From: Eubacteriales bacterium
GTDB taxonomy: Bacteria; Bacillota; Clostridia; Oscillospirales; CAG-272
Assembly (NCBI GenBank): GCA_045661185.1
Contig: JAZRFD010000039.1
Coordinates: 12,713-76,712, forward strand
Reading direction: 5' to 3'
Length of the DNA: 64,000 nt
In this document: piece after piece, positions 17,901 to 27,077 of the stretch
How positions within the stretch are numbered: the stretch's first letter is position 1
How the letters are laid out: each line of letters starts with the position of its first letter
The notes under the pieces: generated by a model
The model's input: the letters and a program-made list of their open reading frames with translations, nothing else
Database searches by the model: none
What the model was told of the DNA's origin: nothing
Translations under genes and position numbers: made by a program

Positions 17901-18144
17901 TAAACAATCTGCCTCTGCCGAACAACGCAGCAACATGATTACGTGCGAGCGAGCGGCAGCGAGCTATAGGCGAGCGACGTAGAAACAGAGTCTGTACAAA
18001 AGAAAGACTTTCACCACGCACAAGCAATAGAGGGCGCACTATGTCGTGCGTTCTCCTATGGGAAAGCAATAACATGTTTGGTGAAAGTTTTTGAAGAGAG
18101 CGCGAGAGAAACTTTTTTCAAAAAGTTTCTCTCGCAAAAAACTC

Positions 18145-21100
18145 TTACAAACTATCAATCAACCCACAAAGGTTGTACACCACACGCTGAGGATCGCGCC
18201 ACCAGTCCATGCTCCAGATACGGCGGATGGTCCAGCCGCGGGACTCAAGGTATTTCTGGCGGTGGTAATCGCGTTCACGCGCGGAGGAGGGAACGCTGTA
18301 GAGCTTTCCGTCGCACTCGATGCCAAGCACGTACTTGCCGTTTTTACGTACGGCAATGTCGATGCGGTAGCCGCCGATGCCAACCTGCGTGTCGATCTCG
18401 TATCCCTTTTCGCGGAGCGCGTCGGCAACCTTTTGAGCAAACTCGGTTTCCAGAGGCGCCGCCACGATGCCGTAGCTCTCACCGAAGGAGCGGAGGATGA
18501 TCTCGGCCTCCTCCTTGTTACCGCTGCTGACGGCAAAGGCATATTCAAGATACTTCTTAAGAATCTTCGGGCCGTCGTTCTTCGCGTCGTCAAGAGACAG
18601 CTCGGAGGGGCGGAAGGAGGTCACGATATGGATCTTCTTCTTGGCGCGGCTGATGGCAACGTTGAGGCGGTTTTCGCCGCCCTTCTGGTTGAGCCAACCG
18701 AAGTTGTGGACGAGCTTACCGGAGGCATTCTTGGCGTAACCGATGGAGAACACGATCACATCGCGCTCGTCACCCTGTACGCTTTCAATATTTTTAATGA
18801 ACAGACCCGTGTCCTCACCGTTGTCCTTGCGCGCCATTTCGGCACGGACGGCAGTGGCAAATTTCGGGTTCTTCACGCCTTCCTCGTCGATCACGTCGTA
18901 GATCATGTCGCGCTGGGAGGCGTTGAACGCGATGATACCGATGGTTTCATTCTCGCGCCGTGTCTCAAAGAACTCTTTGAGGAGACGAACGACCTCCTCG
19001 GCCTCCTTGCGGTTGGCGCGTCCGAGCCACGTAGCACCGCTGACCTGATGCACCTCGATCGGAGGCTTTTCGGGCGTGTCGGTGTTGGGGGCTACGAACA
19101 GACGACCCTTATAGAAGGCGTAGTTGGAGAAGTCGATCAATTCCTCGTACTTGGAGCGGTAGTGCGTGTTGAGCAGCACGTCGGGATAACGGAAGCGCGC
19201 GAGGTCCAAAAGGCTTTCCTCCTCAAGCGCTGCCGAAATCTCCGCGTCCTCGTCGAGCAGATCCTCCATTTCAAAGCGTCCGTCACCAAGACTGGAGGGG
19301 CGGAGCTGCTTGTGGTCGCCCGCGATCACGACCTTTTTGGCGCGAACCAGAGAGGGGATCGCGCGCTCGATATAAAGCTGCGATGCCTCGTCGAAGATCA
19401 ACAGATCGAACAGATCGTTCTGCTGGGGCAGAATTTCGGAAACCGCGTCGGGTGTCATGAGCCATACCTTGATCGCCTTAAACAATTCAAAGTCGAACTT
19501 CTGAATGAACTTGCCAACGCTTGAGCGACGGCGGCTTTCGATCGCGCGGCGGATCTCGCCATAGCGCTTGGAGGTCTTGATATACTGAATATCCTCGGAG
19601 AAGAGCTTTGTAATACGCTGACGCGCCAGATTCTTCTTGATCTGAATGTTGTTTTCGATCGAGGAGATGATCTTGTCGAAGGAATCAAGCTTGGGGATGA
19701 GCGTGCGGTTTTCACTCTCAAACTTTTGAATGTACTCAAAGAGAATGGTGTTGTAGAGCTCGTCGTTCCACTCGCTCACCGTGCCACCGCAGATCTTGTG
19801 CACCTTGCGCAGTGCCGTCAGATAAAGCGTTTCGTTGGCGGTAAGACTGTTGACAACGGGCTTGAGATTTGCGTATCCCGCAGTAAACTCCTTCAAGCTC
19901 TGCTTGACCGCCTCGGGCTGCTCCATCATCAAGCGAACGAGGTAAGAGCCCGCAACCTTGCCAAAGTAATCCTTGGTCAGGGCCTGAATATCCTTGGTAA
20001 GGCGTCCCTTGGAGCTCATACGGGCAAAGAAGGGGCGGTTTCTCCATTCGTCGATCTTGAGGATCATCTCGTCGATTGCGTCGGAGAAAAGGATCAGATC
20101 GTAGTTGGACAGATCGTCCTTCATCTTAAGGAACCACGGATAGCGCTCGATGGTGAGCTGATAGTGGTCAAGGCTGTTGGTGAGCTGCCCGTTTGCGAAT
20201 CTCTTGTGGATCGCGTTGACCTCGTCGTATTTCAGCGCGAGAAGCTCCTCTGTCAGCACCGTGCGAATGGTTTTGTAGGTCTTGATCTGCTCGTGGTTTT
20301 GCAGATTGACGCGGCGGTTCTCCATGTACAGGTGATAGGGGGGAATGCCGAACTCGCCGGGCGTGAAGAGCTTGTTGGCAATCAATTCAAGCGTTGCCAC
20401 GTCTGCGTCGATCTCTGCCGAAATGGGGGAGAGGTCGGGCGCCTCGAGGGGTACGTTTGCGTCGGTATCACCAAGCAGCTTTTCCAATTGCGCGTAGAAC
20501 AGATTTTTGTTGTTGGCGTCGTCCATCATCATCGCGTAGCGCGAGAGATTGCCAAGGCGCGAATAAACGACGTCCAAAGCGGTCTTTTTCTCGGAGACCA
20601 TCAAAACGGTCTTGCCCTGATCGACGAACTGCGTGATCAGGCTGGTGATGGTCTGGGATTTACCGGTGCCGGGAGGACCCTCCACGACCAGCTCGTCCTT
20701 GGTATTCAGCGCGTGGAGGACCGCCTCCTGCGCCGAGTTGAGCGCGTTGATATAAACCAACGAATTCTCGGGGATCTCCAGCTTTTTTCCGGGGCTGTTC
20801 AATTCCTCCTGGCGGGAGGTGTGATCCGAATAGAAATCAATCGCGCCGTAGTCGGAGACAAGGTCGGAGACCAGACGGTTAATGAGCCCTTTGTTGAGCA
20901 GCTCCTCAAAATCACGCTGGATCGCGTTGGAATACGCGGGGAACTTACCGATCACAATGTTATGCACGAGCTTCAGCGTGCCTCGCGTGTAGTGCGGGAA
21001 GGATTCACCGGGGTACTCGGTGAACCTTTTGAGCTCGTCGCTGTCGTACTCGATGCGGATATCGTTCTTTTCGTAAAAATCAAGAAGATTTTGCAGGAAG

Positions 21101-21891
21101 GTGTCGGGGTTGACCTCCTCCAACACACAGTCGGGCAGCGGCGTGGTCAGACTGTTGAACTTGTCGTGCGCCAGGATCATTGTGCCGTTGTAGAGCACGT
21201 CGCGTGTGGGGTCGGGCTTGACCGTGATGTTTGAGGTGGAGCGGTCAAGTGTTACGGGAAAGAGGCAGAGCGGTGCGCGCAGCCCGAACTCACCGTTCAC
21301 AAGGCAGCCCTGTACAAAGGGATAGCCGATATAAAGGTCGTTCTGACCCTTGTCACGCATGTCGCGCACGGTCTCGCGGATCAGGGCTACCAGATTCTTG
21401 TAGCGCTCGCGCGCGGGATTGGTGCGCGGCAGATCTTGATCGGCCGCCTCCGCAATAACGGTTTCTCCCGTGGCGTTGAACAGAAGCTCCAAGGGATTGT
21501 AGCGTCCCGTGGAGTCAAACAGATCCACAGCATATTTGGGAGAGAGCTTGGGGAGAAAGAGCATGCGATTGCTCTTGTTGATATTGATCAGCTTTTTGGA
21601 GAGCTCGCGGAGCGTTCCCTCAACGTCAGCCTGCGTGCGAGGCTCGGTTTCGATCTGCTCGGGGCAGAGCAGATCCAAAAAATCCTCTGCGTAATTCTCC
21701 ACAAAGGCCTGTCCGATCCCCGCGATCGAGCGGAAATCCGACGGCTTACGCGGCATTAGACGCACCATTTCGTGAATCGCCTCATCGGGGCAGACCACGG
21801 GCGTGCGTCCGGTCTTTCTTTTTTCACGGTCGCGGATCCTTTGCCTCAGGGCAAACAGATCCTCCAAAAGTCCGTTCGGAGCTTGTTGCAT
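18145..21891 (-). CDS. HRDC - DUF4011-like - SF1 (Upf1-like, AAA_11/AAA_12) helicase - C-terminal PD-(D/E)xK (DUF559/Vsr-like) endonuclease
   Basis: N-terminal HRDC-like segment LFALRQRIRDREKRKTGRTPVVCPDEAIHEMVRLMPRKPSDFRSIAGIG. Walker A is VVEGPPGTGKSQT and Walker B is LIFDEASQ. Also present: GDHKQLRP, THYRS, VQGDERDVIVFS and NVAISRAKKK. The C-terminus GYRIDIAV...LGIECDG...RDYHRQKYLESRGWTIRRIW resembles DUF559. Confidence 0.85.
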   Translation of the reverse strand: MQQAPNGLLEDLFALRQRIRDREKRKTGRTPVVCPDEAIHEMVRLMPRKPSDFRSIAGIGQAFVENYAEDFLDLLCPEQIETEPRTQADVEGTLRELSKKLININKSNRMLFLPKLSPKYAVDLFDSTGRYNPLELLFNATGETVIAEAADQDLPRTNPARERYKNLVALIRETVRDMRDKGQNDLYIGYPFVQGCLVNGEFGLRAPLCLFPVTLDRSTSNITVKPDPTRDVLYNGTMILAHDKFNSLTTPLPDCVLEEVNPDTFLQNLLDFYEKNDIRIEYDSDELKRFTEYPGESFPHYTRGTLKLVHNIVIGKFPAYSNAIQRDFEELLNKGLINRLVSDLVSDYGAIDFYSDHTSRQEELNSPGKKLEIPENSLVYINALNSAQEAVLHALNTKDELVVEGPPGTGKSQTITSLITQFVDQGKTVLMVSEKKTALDVVYSRLGNLSRYAMMMDDANNKNLFYAQLEKLLGDTDANVPLEAPDLSPISAEIDADVATLELIANKLFTPGEFGIPPYHLYMENRRVNLQNHEQIKTYKTIRTVLTEELLALKYDEVNAIHKRFANGQLTNSLDHYQLTIERYPWFLKMKDDLSNYDLILFSDAIDEMILKIDEWRNRPFFARMSSKGRLTKDIQALTKDYFGKVAGSYLVRLMMEQPEAVKQSLKEFTAGYANLKPVVNSLTANETLYLTALRKVHKICGGTVSEWNDELYNTILFEYIQKFESENRTLIPKLDSFDKIISSIENNIQIKKNLARQRITKLFSEDIQYIKTSKRYGEIRRAIESRRRSSVGKFIQKFDFELFKAIKVWLMTPDAVSEILPQQNDLFDLLIFDEASQLYIERAIPSLVRAKKVVIAGDHKQLRPSSLGDGRFEMEDLLDEDAEISAALEEESLLDLARFRYPDVLLNTHYRSKYEELIDFSNYAFYKGRLFVAPNTDTPEKPPIEVHQVSGATWLGRANRKEAEEVVRLLKEFFETRRENETIGIIAFNASQRDMIYDVIDEEGVKNPKFATAVRAEMARKDNGEDTGLFIKNIESVQGDERDVIVFSIGYAKNASGKLVHNFGWLNQKGGENRLNVAISRAKKKIHIVTSFRPSELSLDDAKNDGPKILKKYLEYAFAVSSGNKEEAEIILRSFGESYGIVAAPLETEFAQKVADALREKGYEIDTQVGIGGYRIDIAVRKNGKYVLGIECDGKLYSVPSSARERDYHRQKYLESRGWTIRRIWSMDWWRDPQRVVYNLCGLIDSL

Positions 21892-22180
21892 TTGCGCGTT
21901 ATCCTTCTTTCTTCTAATGTTAGATATATATATTCATCATACAGTATACCATATTTTCGCAAAACCGTCAAGGCGTTTTTCAAAGTTCAACGATAGAAAG
22001 TTACAGCATTTTTCGACCGATCCTTTGTGCTTTTTTTCAAAAAAAGGAGCTTTTGAGAGGGGATTGATCGCCATGGCTCGAATATGGCGAAAAAAAGTTG
22101 AAAAAATTGAAAAAAATCGAAACTTTTTTTCAAAAACCCCTTGCGCATTTGTGAAAAATAGTATATAATATAGTTGCGCA

Positions 22181-22215
22181 GTGGTGGAAAGTGGAGCGAA
22201 ATGTTTTAAAGTGGA
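22181..22215 (+). promoter_or_regulatory. Candidate MraZ operator (phased GTGG repeats) downstream of the dcw promoter
   Basis: GTGG occurs at 22181, 22191 and 22211, giving 10/20-bp phasing. AAAGTGGAGC is repeated twice. It lies directly after TTGCGC-17-TATAAT (about 22140-22168). Confidence 0.55.
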
Positions 22216-22275
22216 GCAAATCGCACACGCAAACCACAAATCGAACGGATTTTGAAAGGAAAGGAGATCACAGAT

Positions 22276-22698
22276 ATGCTCGGTGGTGAATACCGTCACG
22301 GCTTGGACGCAAAAAACAGAATTTTTATCCCCGCAAAGCTGCGCGAGGAGCTTGGTGCTGCCTTTGTGATCGCCAAGGACATCCGTGAGAAATGCCTTAA
22401 GGTATATTCGCTGGCAGGGTGGGAGGCCTACATCGCACCGCTCCGCGAGCAAAAGAGAAAGCTTTCCGAAAAGATTATGCGCTTCCTGCATGCCTCCATG
22501 GCGCAGGCAACGCCCGACTCGCAGGGCCGCGTCGTGCTTCCCGTAGAGCTTGTCGAGCATGCGGAAATTGAAAAGGAGACCGTGATCGTCGGTTGCGGCG
22601 ATTATGCCGAGATCTGGGCAGAGAGCGTATACGATCAGCTCAAGAGCGAGATCGACGTTTCCGAGCTTATTGACGAGCTCGAGGAGCTGGGACTCTGA
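22276..22698 (+). CDS. mraZ: Transcriptional regulator MraZ
   Basis: MLGGEYRHGLDAKNRIFIPAKLREEL contains the DxxxR SpoVT-AbrB repeat, and a second repeat is present (DSQGRVVLP). AAAGGAG RBS. Confidence 0.92.
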   Translation: MLGGEYRHGLDAKNRIFIPAKLREELGAAFVIAKDIREKCLKVYSLAGWEAYIAPLREQKRKLSEKIMRFLHASMAQATPDSQGRVVLPVELVEHAEIEKETVIVGCGDYAEIWAESVYDQLKSEIDVSELIDELEELGL

Positions 22699-22706
22699 TT
22701 TTATAA

Positions 22707-23672
22707 ATGAAGGGAATGAATGGAATGGAGGAGCAGATCAATTTTTCGCACCGTTCAGTGCTCTTGGATGAATGCATCGAGGCTCTTGCCATTCGTCCCA
22801 ACGGAATATACGTGGACGGAACTGCAGGCGGTGCGGGGCACAGTAGTGTCATCGCTTCGCATCTTGGTGCGGGCGGCAAGCTGTTGGCGCTCGATCAGGA
22901 CGAAACCGCAGTCAAGGTTGCAACCGAACGCTTGTCGCGCTTTGGTGAGCGCGCAGAGGTGGTGCATACCAATTTTTGCAATATCGCGCAGGCGTGTGCC
23001 GAGCGCGGGATCGAGCGCATCGACGGGCTCCTTCTCGACCTTGGCGTATCCTCGTATCAGCTGGATACGGCAGAGCGTGGCTTTTCCTACAGAGCCGATG
23101 CACCGCTGGATATGAGAATGGACGTAAACAATCCGATCACAGCACAAAAAATCGTTAACGAATACAGCGAGGAGGATCTTCGCAGGATCTTCTTTGAATA
23201 CGGTGAGGAGCGTTTTTCCTCACGCATTGCATCAAACATTGTTCGCGCACGCGAATCGGCACCGATTAAGACCACCGGGGAACTGGTCGAGATCATTAAA
23301 CGCTCGGTTCCTGCGCCCGCAGGTAAGGGCGGACACCATCCGGCAATGCGTACGTTTCAGGCTTTACGCATTGAAGTGAACGCAGAGCTGGATGTGATCG
23401 CACCCGCGATCAAGTCCGCCGTTAGCCTGTTAAATCCGGGAGGACGGATCGCGATCATCACCTTCCATTCCTTGGAGGATCGTATCGTCAAGCAGACCTT
23501 CGCGTCGCTCACGGGCGGTTGTACCTGCCCCAAGAGCTTTCCCGTATGCGTCTGCGGAAACCGCCCGAAGATCAAGCCGGTCAACCGCAAGCCTATTTTG
23601 CCGAGTGAGGCGGAATTGGCAGAGAATCCGCGCTCGCACAGCGCAAAGCTGAGAGTTGCGGAAAAGCTGTAA
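22707..23672 (+). CDS. rsmH: 16S rRNA (cytosine1402-N4)-methyltransferase
   Basis: HRSVLLDECIEAL...YVDGTAGGAGHS...DLGVSSYQLD signature. The start is uncertain (22707 or 22725). Confidence 0.92.
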   Translation: MKGMNGMEEQINFSHRSVLLDECIEALAIRPNGIYVDGTAGGAGHSSVIASHLGAGGKLLALDQDETAVKVATERLSRFGERAEVVHTNFCNIAQACAERGIERIDGLLLDLGVSSYQLDTAERGFSYRADAPLDMRMDVNNPITAQKIVNEYSEEDLRRIFFEYGEERFSSRIASNIVRARESAPIKTTGELVEIIKRSVPAPAGKGGHHPAMRTFQALRIEVNAELDVIAPAIKSAVSLLNPGGRIAIITFHSLEDRIVKQTFASLTGGCTCPKSFPVCVCGNRPKIKPVNRKPILPSEAELAENPRSHSAKLRVAEKL

Positions 23673-23701
23673 CAAGAAATTTCAGGAAAGGAGTCGGATT
23701 C

Positions 23702-24574
23702 ATGAACACCGCCGTCAAGGAAGCGCCCACGGCTTTTACCGTAGAGGTCAGCGCAAGCGAGCAGATCAACGCCATTGCGGCGTCCTTTTCTGCGCGCGGA
23801 CTTTCTCGTGCGGTGCATACGGAGTGCGAGGCGCAAGAGACGCGCGAGGCGCAAACGCGTGCGGACGAGCCGCGCTGCTATCGCCTGACCGATGGCTCTG
23901 TGGCGTACTATCGCCACGGCAAGGACACCATGTCCTCCGACGATCTTCTTTCCTATATTAACGATACGCGCGCGATGCGCACGCGTAACGCGGATTTTTT
24001 AAGCCAAATCCCTGATGATGACGCCGTAATGGCGGGGGAGGGAGAAAAGGCACTTTGCGTGGCGGTACGCCACGAAGAGGAGCCGCACGTCAAGGAAAAG
24101 CTGATGGCCATCCCGGCGCGCGCGATGGCGCTGCCGCGCCGCGCGATCGAAACGGTGCGTACGTCTCATCACACCTGGTTTAACAGTGAAAAGGCGGACA
24201 CAACGGCGGAATCCCGTCGATTCCCGCTGTCGGCCCTGGCGGCCATCATCACCGTGGCGATTTCCTTGATGCTGATTGTGGCAGGTGCCGTCATGATCAC
24301 CGCGGGCGAGCGCGAGGTCGATGCGCTGACTCTGGAGGTGGAGGCGTTGAACGAGGACTTGAACGAGCTGGATTCCGACATCAACGTCAACACAAATCTG
24401 CTCCGTATTCGCGGCTTTGCGGTCAGCGAATTGGGCATGGTGAGCGAGGATTATTTGAAGATGGAATACCTGTCTGTCGAAAAGGGTGATTCGATCGAGG
24501 TATATGAGGAGGAAGCGGAGAGTCGGGTCGGTCTCTCCACGCTCCTGAGCGCGATCGGCATCAGATTCAAATAA
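23702..24574 (+). CDS. ftsL: FtsL-like cell division protein with long N-terminal cytoplasmic extension
   Basis: It sits after rsmH. It has a single TM (LAAIITVAISLMLIVAGAVMI) followed by the coiled coil LTLEVEALNEDLNELDSDI. The call rests on position and architecture only. Confidence 0.55.
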   Translation: MNTAVKEAPTAFTVEVSASEQINAIAASFSARGLSRAVHTECEAQETREAQTRADEPRCYRLTDGSVAYYRHGKDTMSSDDLLSYINDTRAMRTRNADFLSQIPDDDAVMAGEGEKALCVAVRHEEEPHVKEKLMAIPARAMALPRRAIETVRTSHHTWFNSEKADTTAESRRFPLSALAAIITVAISLMLIVAGAVMITAGEREVDALTLEVEALNEDLNELDSDINVNTNLLRIRGFAVSELGMVSEDYLKMEYLSVEKGDSIEVYEEEAESRVGLSTLLSAIGIRFK

Positions 24575-24681
24575 CGGCGGTGCGGTCATAACGTGGCCGC
24601 ACAGCGCATAGAATGAATAGGACAAGAGGGCAAACACGATCAGTTTTCGCTCTTTCTGAATCAACGGAAAGGAGCCGACGA

Positions 24682-27024
24682 ATGGAAGAAAAAGACCCCC
24701 AAAACACAAAGAGCAACGGCAATCTTCATCCCAAGGTAGTACACCGCGCGGCGGTTCTGCTGGGGCTTGCTGTGTTGCTCTTTTCCGCGCTTTTAGTGCG
24801 GGTTTTCGTCCTGCAGACCTTTCAGCATAGCCACTATAAGGAGAAGGTGCTCTCGCAGATCACCACCGAATCCCGCGTCAATGCAACGCGCGGAAACATC
24901 TACGACGCCAACGGAGCACTCCTTGCAACAAACGTCACGACCTACCGCGTTTTCATCTCGCCCTCAAGCATCAAATCGGCACAGAGCGAGCAGGATCAAA
25001 GCGGCACGGGAGTACGGCTTGATACCTTGATCGCGGAGAACTTATCCACCATTTTGAAGGTCGAATACGACTTCGCACTCAAGCAGACCACCTATACAAG
25101 CGTCCTGGACCGCACGATCAAGCGTGAGGTGAGCGAGGAGGACGCAACACGCGTTCGCGAATTTATCGCGGAATACGGGCTTGAGCAGATGATCTATCTC
25201 GAAAGCACGCACAGCCGTTACTACCCCTATTCCGATCTGGCGTCTCACACGCTGGGCTTTACGGGAAGCGACGGAACGGGCCTTTACGGGCTTGAATATT
25301 ACTATGACGAAATGCTGGCGGGCACCGACGGACGGTACGTGACCGCGCGCGACGCGCAGGGAAACGAGATGCCCTTTGGCTATAAGGAATATATCGAAGC
25401 GCAGGACGGCTATAACGTCAACACAACGATCGACGTATTCGTGCAATCGGCCCTTGAGGAGCAGCTTGCGGCGGCGTACATTGATTCGAATGGCGCAAAC
25501 CGTGCGGCGGGGATCGTGATGAACGTCCACACGGGCGAGATCCTTGGCATGGCGGTCTATCCCGACTTTAACCTCAACGCGCCGCGCGAGCTGGACGACC
25601 AATCGCTCTCCAAGCTTGCCTCCAGTGGCTTTGACCTTAACAGCGACGAATACCTTTCTCTCAAGCAGGAGCTGCAGGTCAATATGTGGGGCAATAAGGC
25701 GATCACCGAGTCGTATATCCCCGGCTCGACCTTTAAGGTTATCACCGCCGCCATGGCAGTGGAGGAGGATCTGGGGATTCTTAACAAGACCATTCGTTGC
25801 GTGGGCTATTACAAGCCCTGCGGTCAGACCGTTCGCTGTCACAAAACGGGCGGACACGGCTCCCTGACCTTTGCCGAGGGGATTCAGCAATCCTGCAACC
25901 CGTGGCTGATGCAAATCGGCGAAGCCCTCGGACGAGATACCTTTTACAGCTATCTCAAGGCGTTTGGGTACTTAAAAAAGACGGGCATTGACCTGCCCGG
26001 AGAGGGAAGCAGCCTATTTGCTACCGAGGAAGCCTTTACCGATCTTGACCTTGCGATTTACGCGTTCGGTCAGAACTTTAACGTCACGCTCATTCAGCAG
26101 ATCACCGCGATCAGCACAGTGGCAAACGGTGGATACGTTGTCAAGCCGCACTTGGTTTCAAGCGTGACCGACCAAAACGGAAATAAAGTCTATTCCTTTG
26201 ATACAAGCGCGCGCCGTCAGGTGATCAGCGAAGCGACCTGTGCCCGCGTGGCGGCCATTCTTGAAGAGGGCGTTTCGGGCAACGGAGGCGCGAAAAACGC
26301 ATACGTTGCGGGTTATCGCGTGGCCGCAAAGACCGGTACGTCCGAGAAAAAGGACGCGGGGAGCGTTGGCGAGTACGTTTGCTCGACCGTCGCGTTTGCG
26401 CCCGCAGACGATCCGCAATACGCGATCATTATCATCGTTGACGAGCCCTCAAGATCGGGACGCACGCCCTACGGAAGCACCGTGGCGGCGCCTTACGTCG
26501 GTAACGTTCTTGAAATCATCCTTCCGTATCTTGGCGTGGAGGCGGTTTACACCGACGCGGAGCTTGCGAAAAAGACCGTCACCGTCCCCGATCTCCGTTT
26601 TTGCACGGTGTCGTGGGTCAAAAAGAATTATCCCCACCTGAATCTGGAGGTGATCGGCAACGCCGACGGCATGATCTACAAGCAGTATCCCGAGGTGGGA
26701 ACGGTTGTGGAAAAGGAAACCAACCGTATCATCGTCTATACCGAAAGCGGAGCCGACCTGGAAACGACCACTGTTCCAAACGTCAAGGGGATGACCGCCA
26801 AGGCGGCCAATCAGACCCTGATCAACGCAGGGCTGAACATACGGATCCTCGGAACCTCCTCGCACTTAGGCGGTGAAACGCCAAAGGCGTACCTGCAATC
26901 CATTGAAGCGGGCACCGTGGTGCCGAAGGGAAGTGTGATCGAGGTCTATTTCCGCGAGGAGGACGGCCTTGAGGACTATGACGAGGCATGGAATCCTTGG
27001 GAGGACGTTGGCCTCGGCACGTAA
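24682..27024 (+). CDS. Class B penicillin-binding protein (SpoVD/FtsI/PBP2B type) with C-terminal PASTA domain
   Basis: STFK (SxxK) and KTGTSE motifs, an N-terminal TM anchor and a PASTA-like TVPNVKGMTAKAANQTLINAGLN. RBS GGAG before ATG 24682. Confidence 0.9.
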   Translation: MEEKDPQNTKSNGNLHPKVVHRAAVLLGLAVLLFSALLVRVFVLQTFQHSHYKEKVLSQITTESRVNATRGNIYDANGALLATNVTTYRVFISPSSIKSAQSEQDQSGTGVRLDTLIAENLSTILKVEYDFALKQTTYTSVLDRTIKREVSEEDATRVREFIAEYGLEQMIYLESTHSRYYPYSDLASHTLGFTGSDGTGLYGLEYYYDEMLAGTDGRYVTARDAQGNEMPFGYKEYIEAQDGYNVNTTIDVFVQSALEEQLAAAYIDSNGANRAAGIVMNVHTGEILGMAVYPDFNLNAPRELDDQSLSKLASSGFDLNSDEYLSLKQELQVNMWGNKAITESYIPGSTFKVITAAMAVEEDLGILNKTIRCVGYYKPCGQTVRCHKTGGHGSLTFAEGIQQSCNPWLMQIGEALGRDTFYSYLKAFGYLKKTGIDLPGEGSSLFATEEAFTDLDLAIYAFGQNFNVTLIQQITAISTVANGGYVVKPHLVSSVTDQNGNKVYSFDTSARRQVISEATCARVAAILEEGVSGNGGAKNAYVAGYRVAAKTGTSEKKDAGSVGEYVCSTVAFAPADDPQYAIIIIVDEPSRSGRTPYGSTVAAPYVGNVLEIILPYLGVEAVYTDAELAKKTVTVPDLRFCTVSWVKKNYPHLNLEVIGNADGMIYKQYPEVGTVVEKETNRIIVYTESGADLETTTVPNVKGMTAKAANQTLINAGLNIRILGTSSHLGGETPKAYLQSIEAGTVVPKGSVIEVYFREEDGLEDYDEAWNPWEDVGLGT

Positions 27025-27077
27025 ATGACAGAGCACTCTGTCGGGAAGTTCAAAAAAATTTCCGACGGGGGTAGCTT

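Noticed and set aside
17842-18075. 77-aa minus-strand ORF inside repeat copy B
   Set aside because: It has no RBS and an Arg/Leu-rich low-complexity translation. It overlaps hairpin modules shared with non-coding copies A and C.
18091-21234. Two long plus-strand ORFs (477 aa and 502 aa)
   Set aside because: Both are antisense to the helicase-nuclease gene, which has unambiguous SF1 motifs. The antisense translations are Val/Leu/Gly/Asp-rich with no recognisable motifs.
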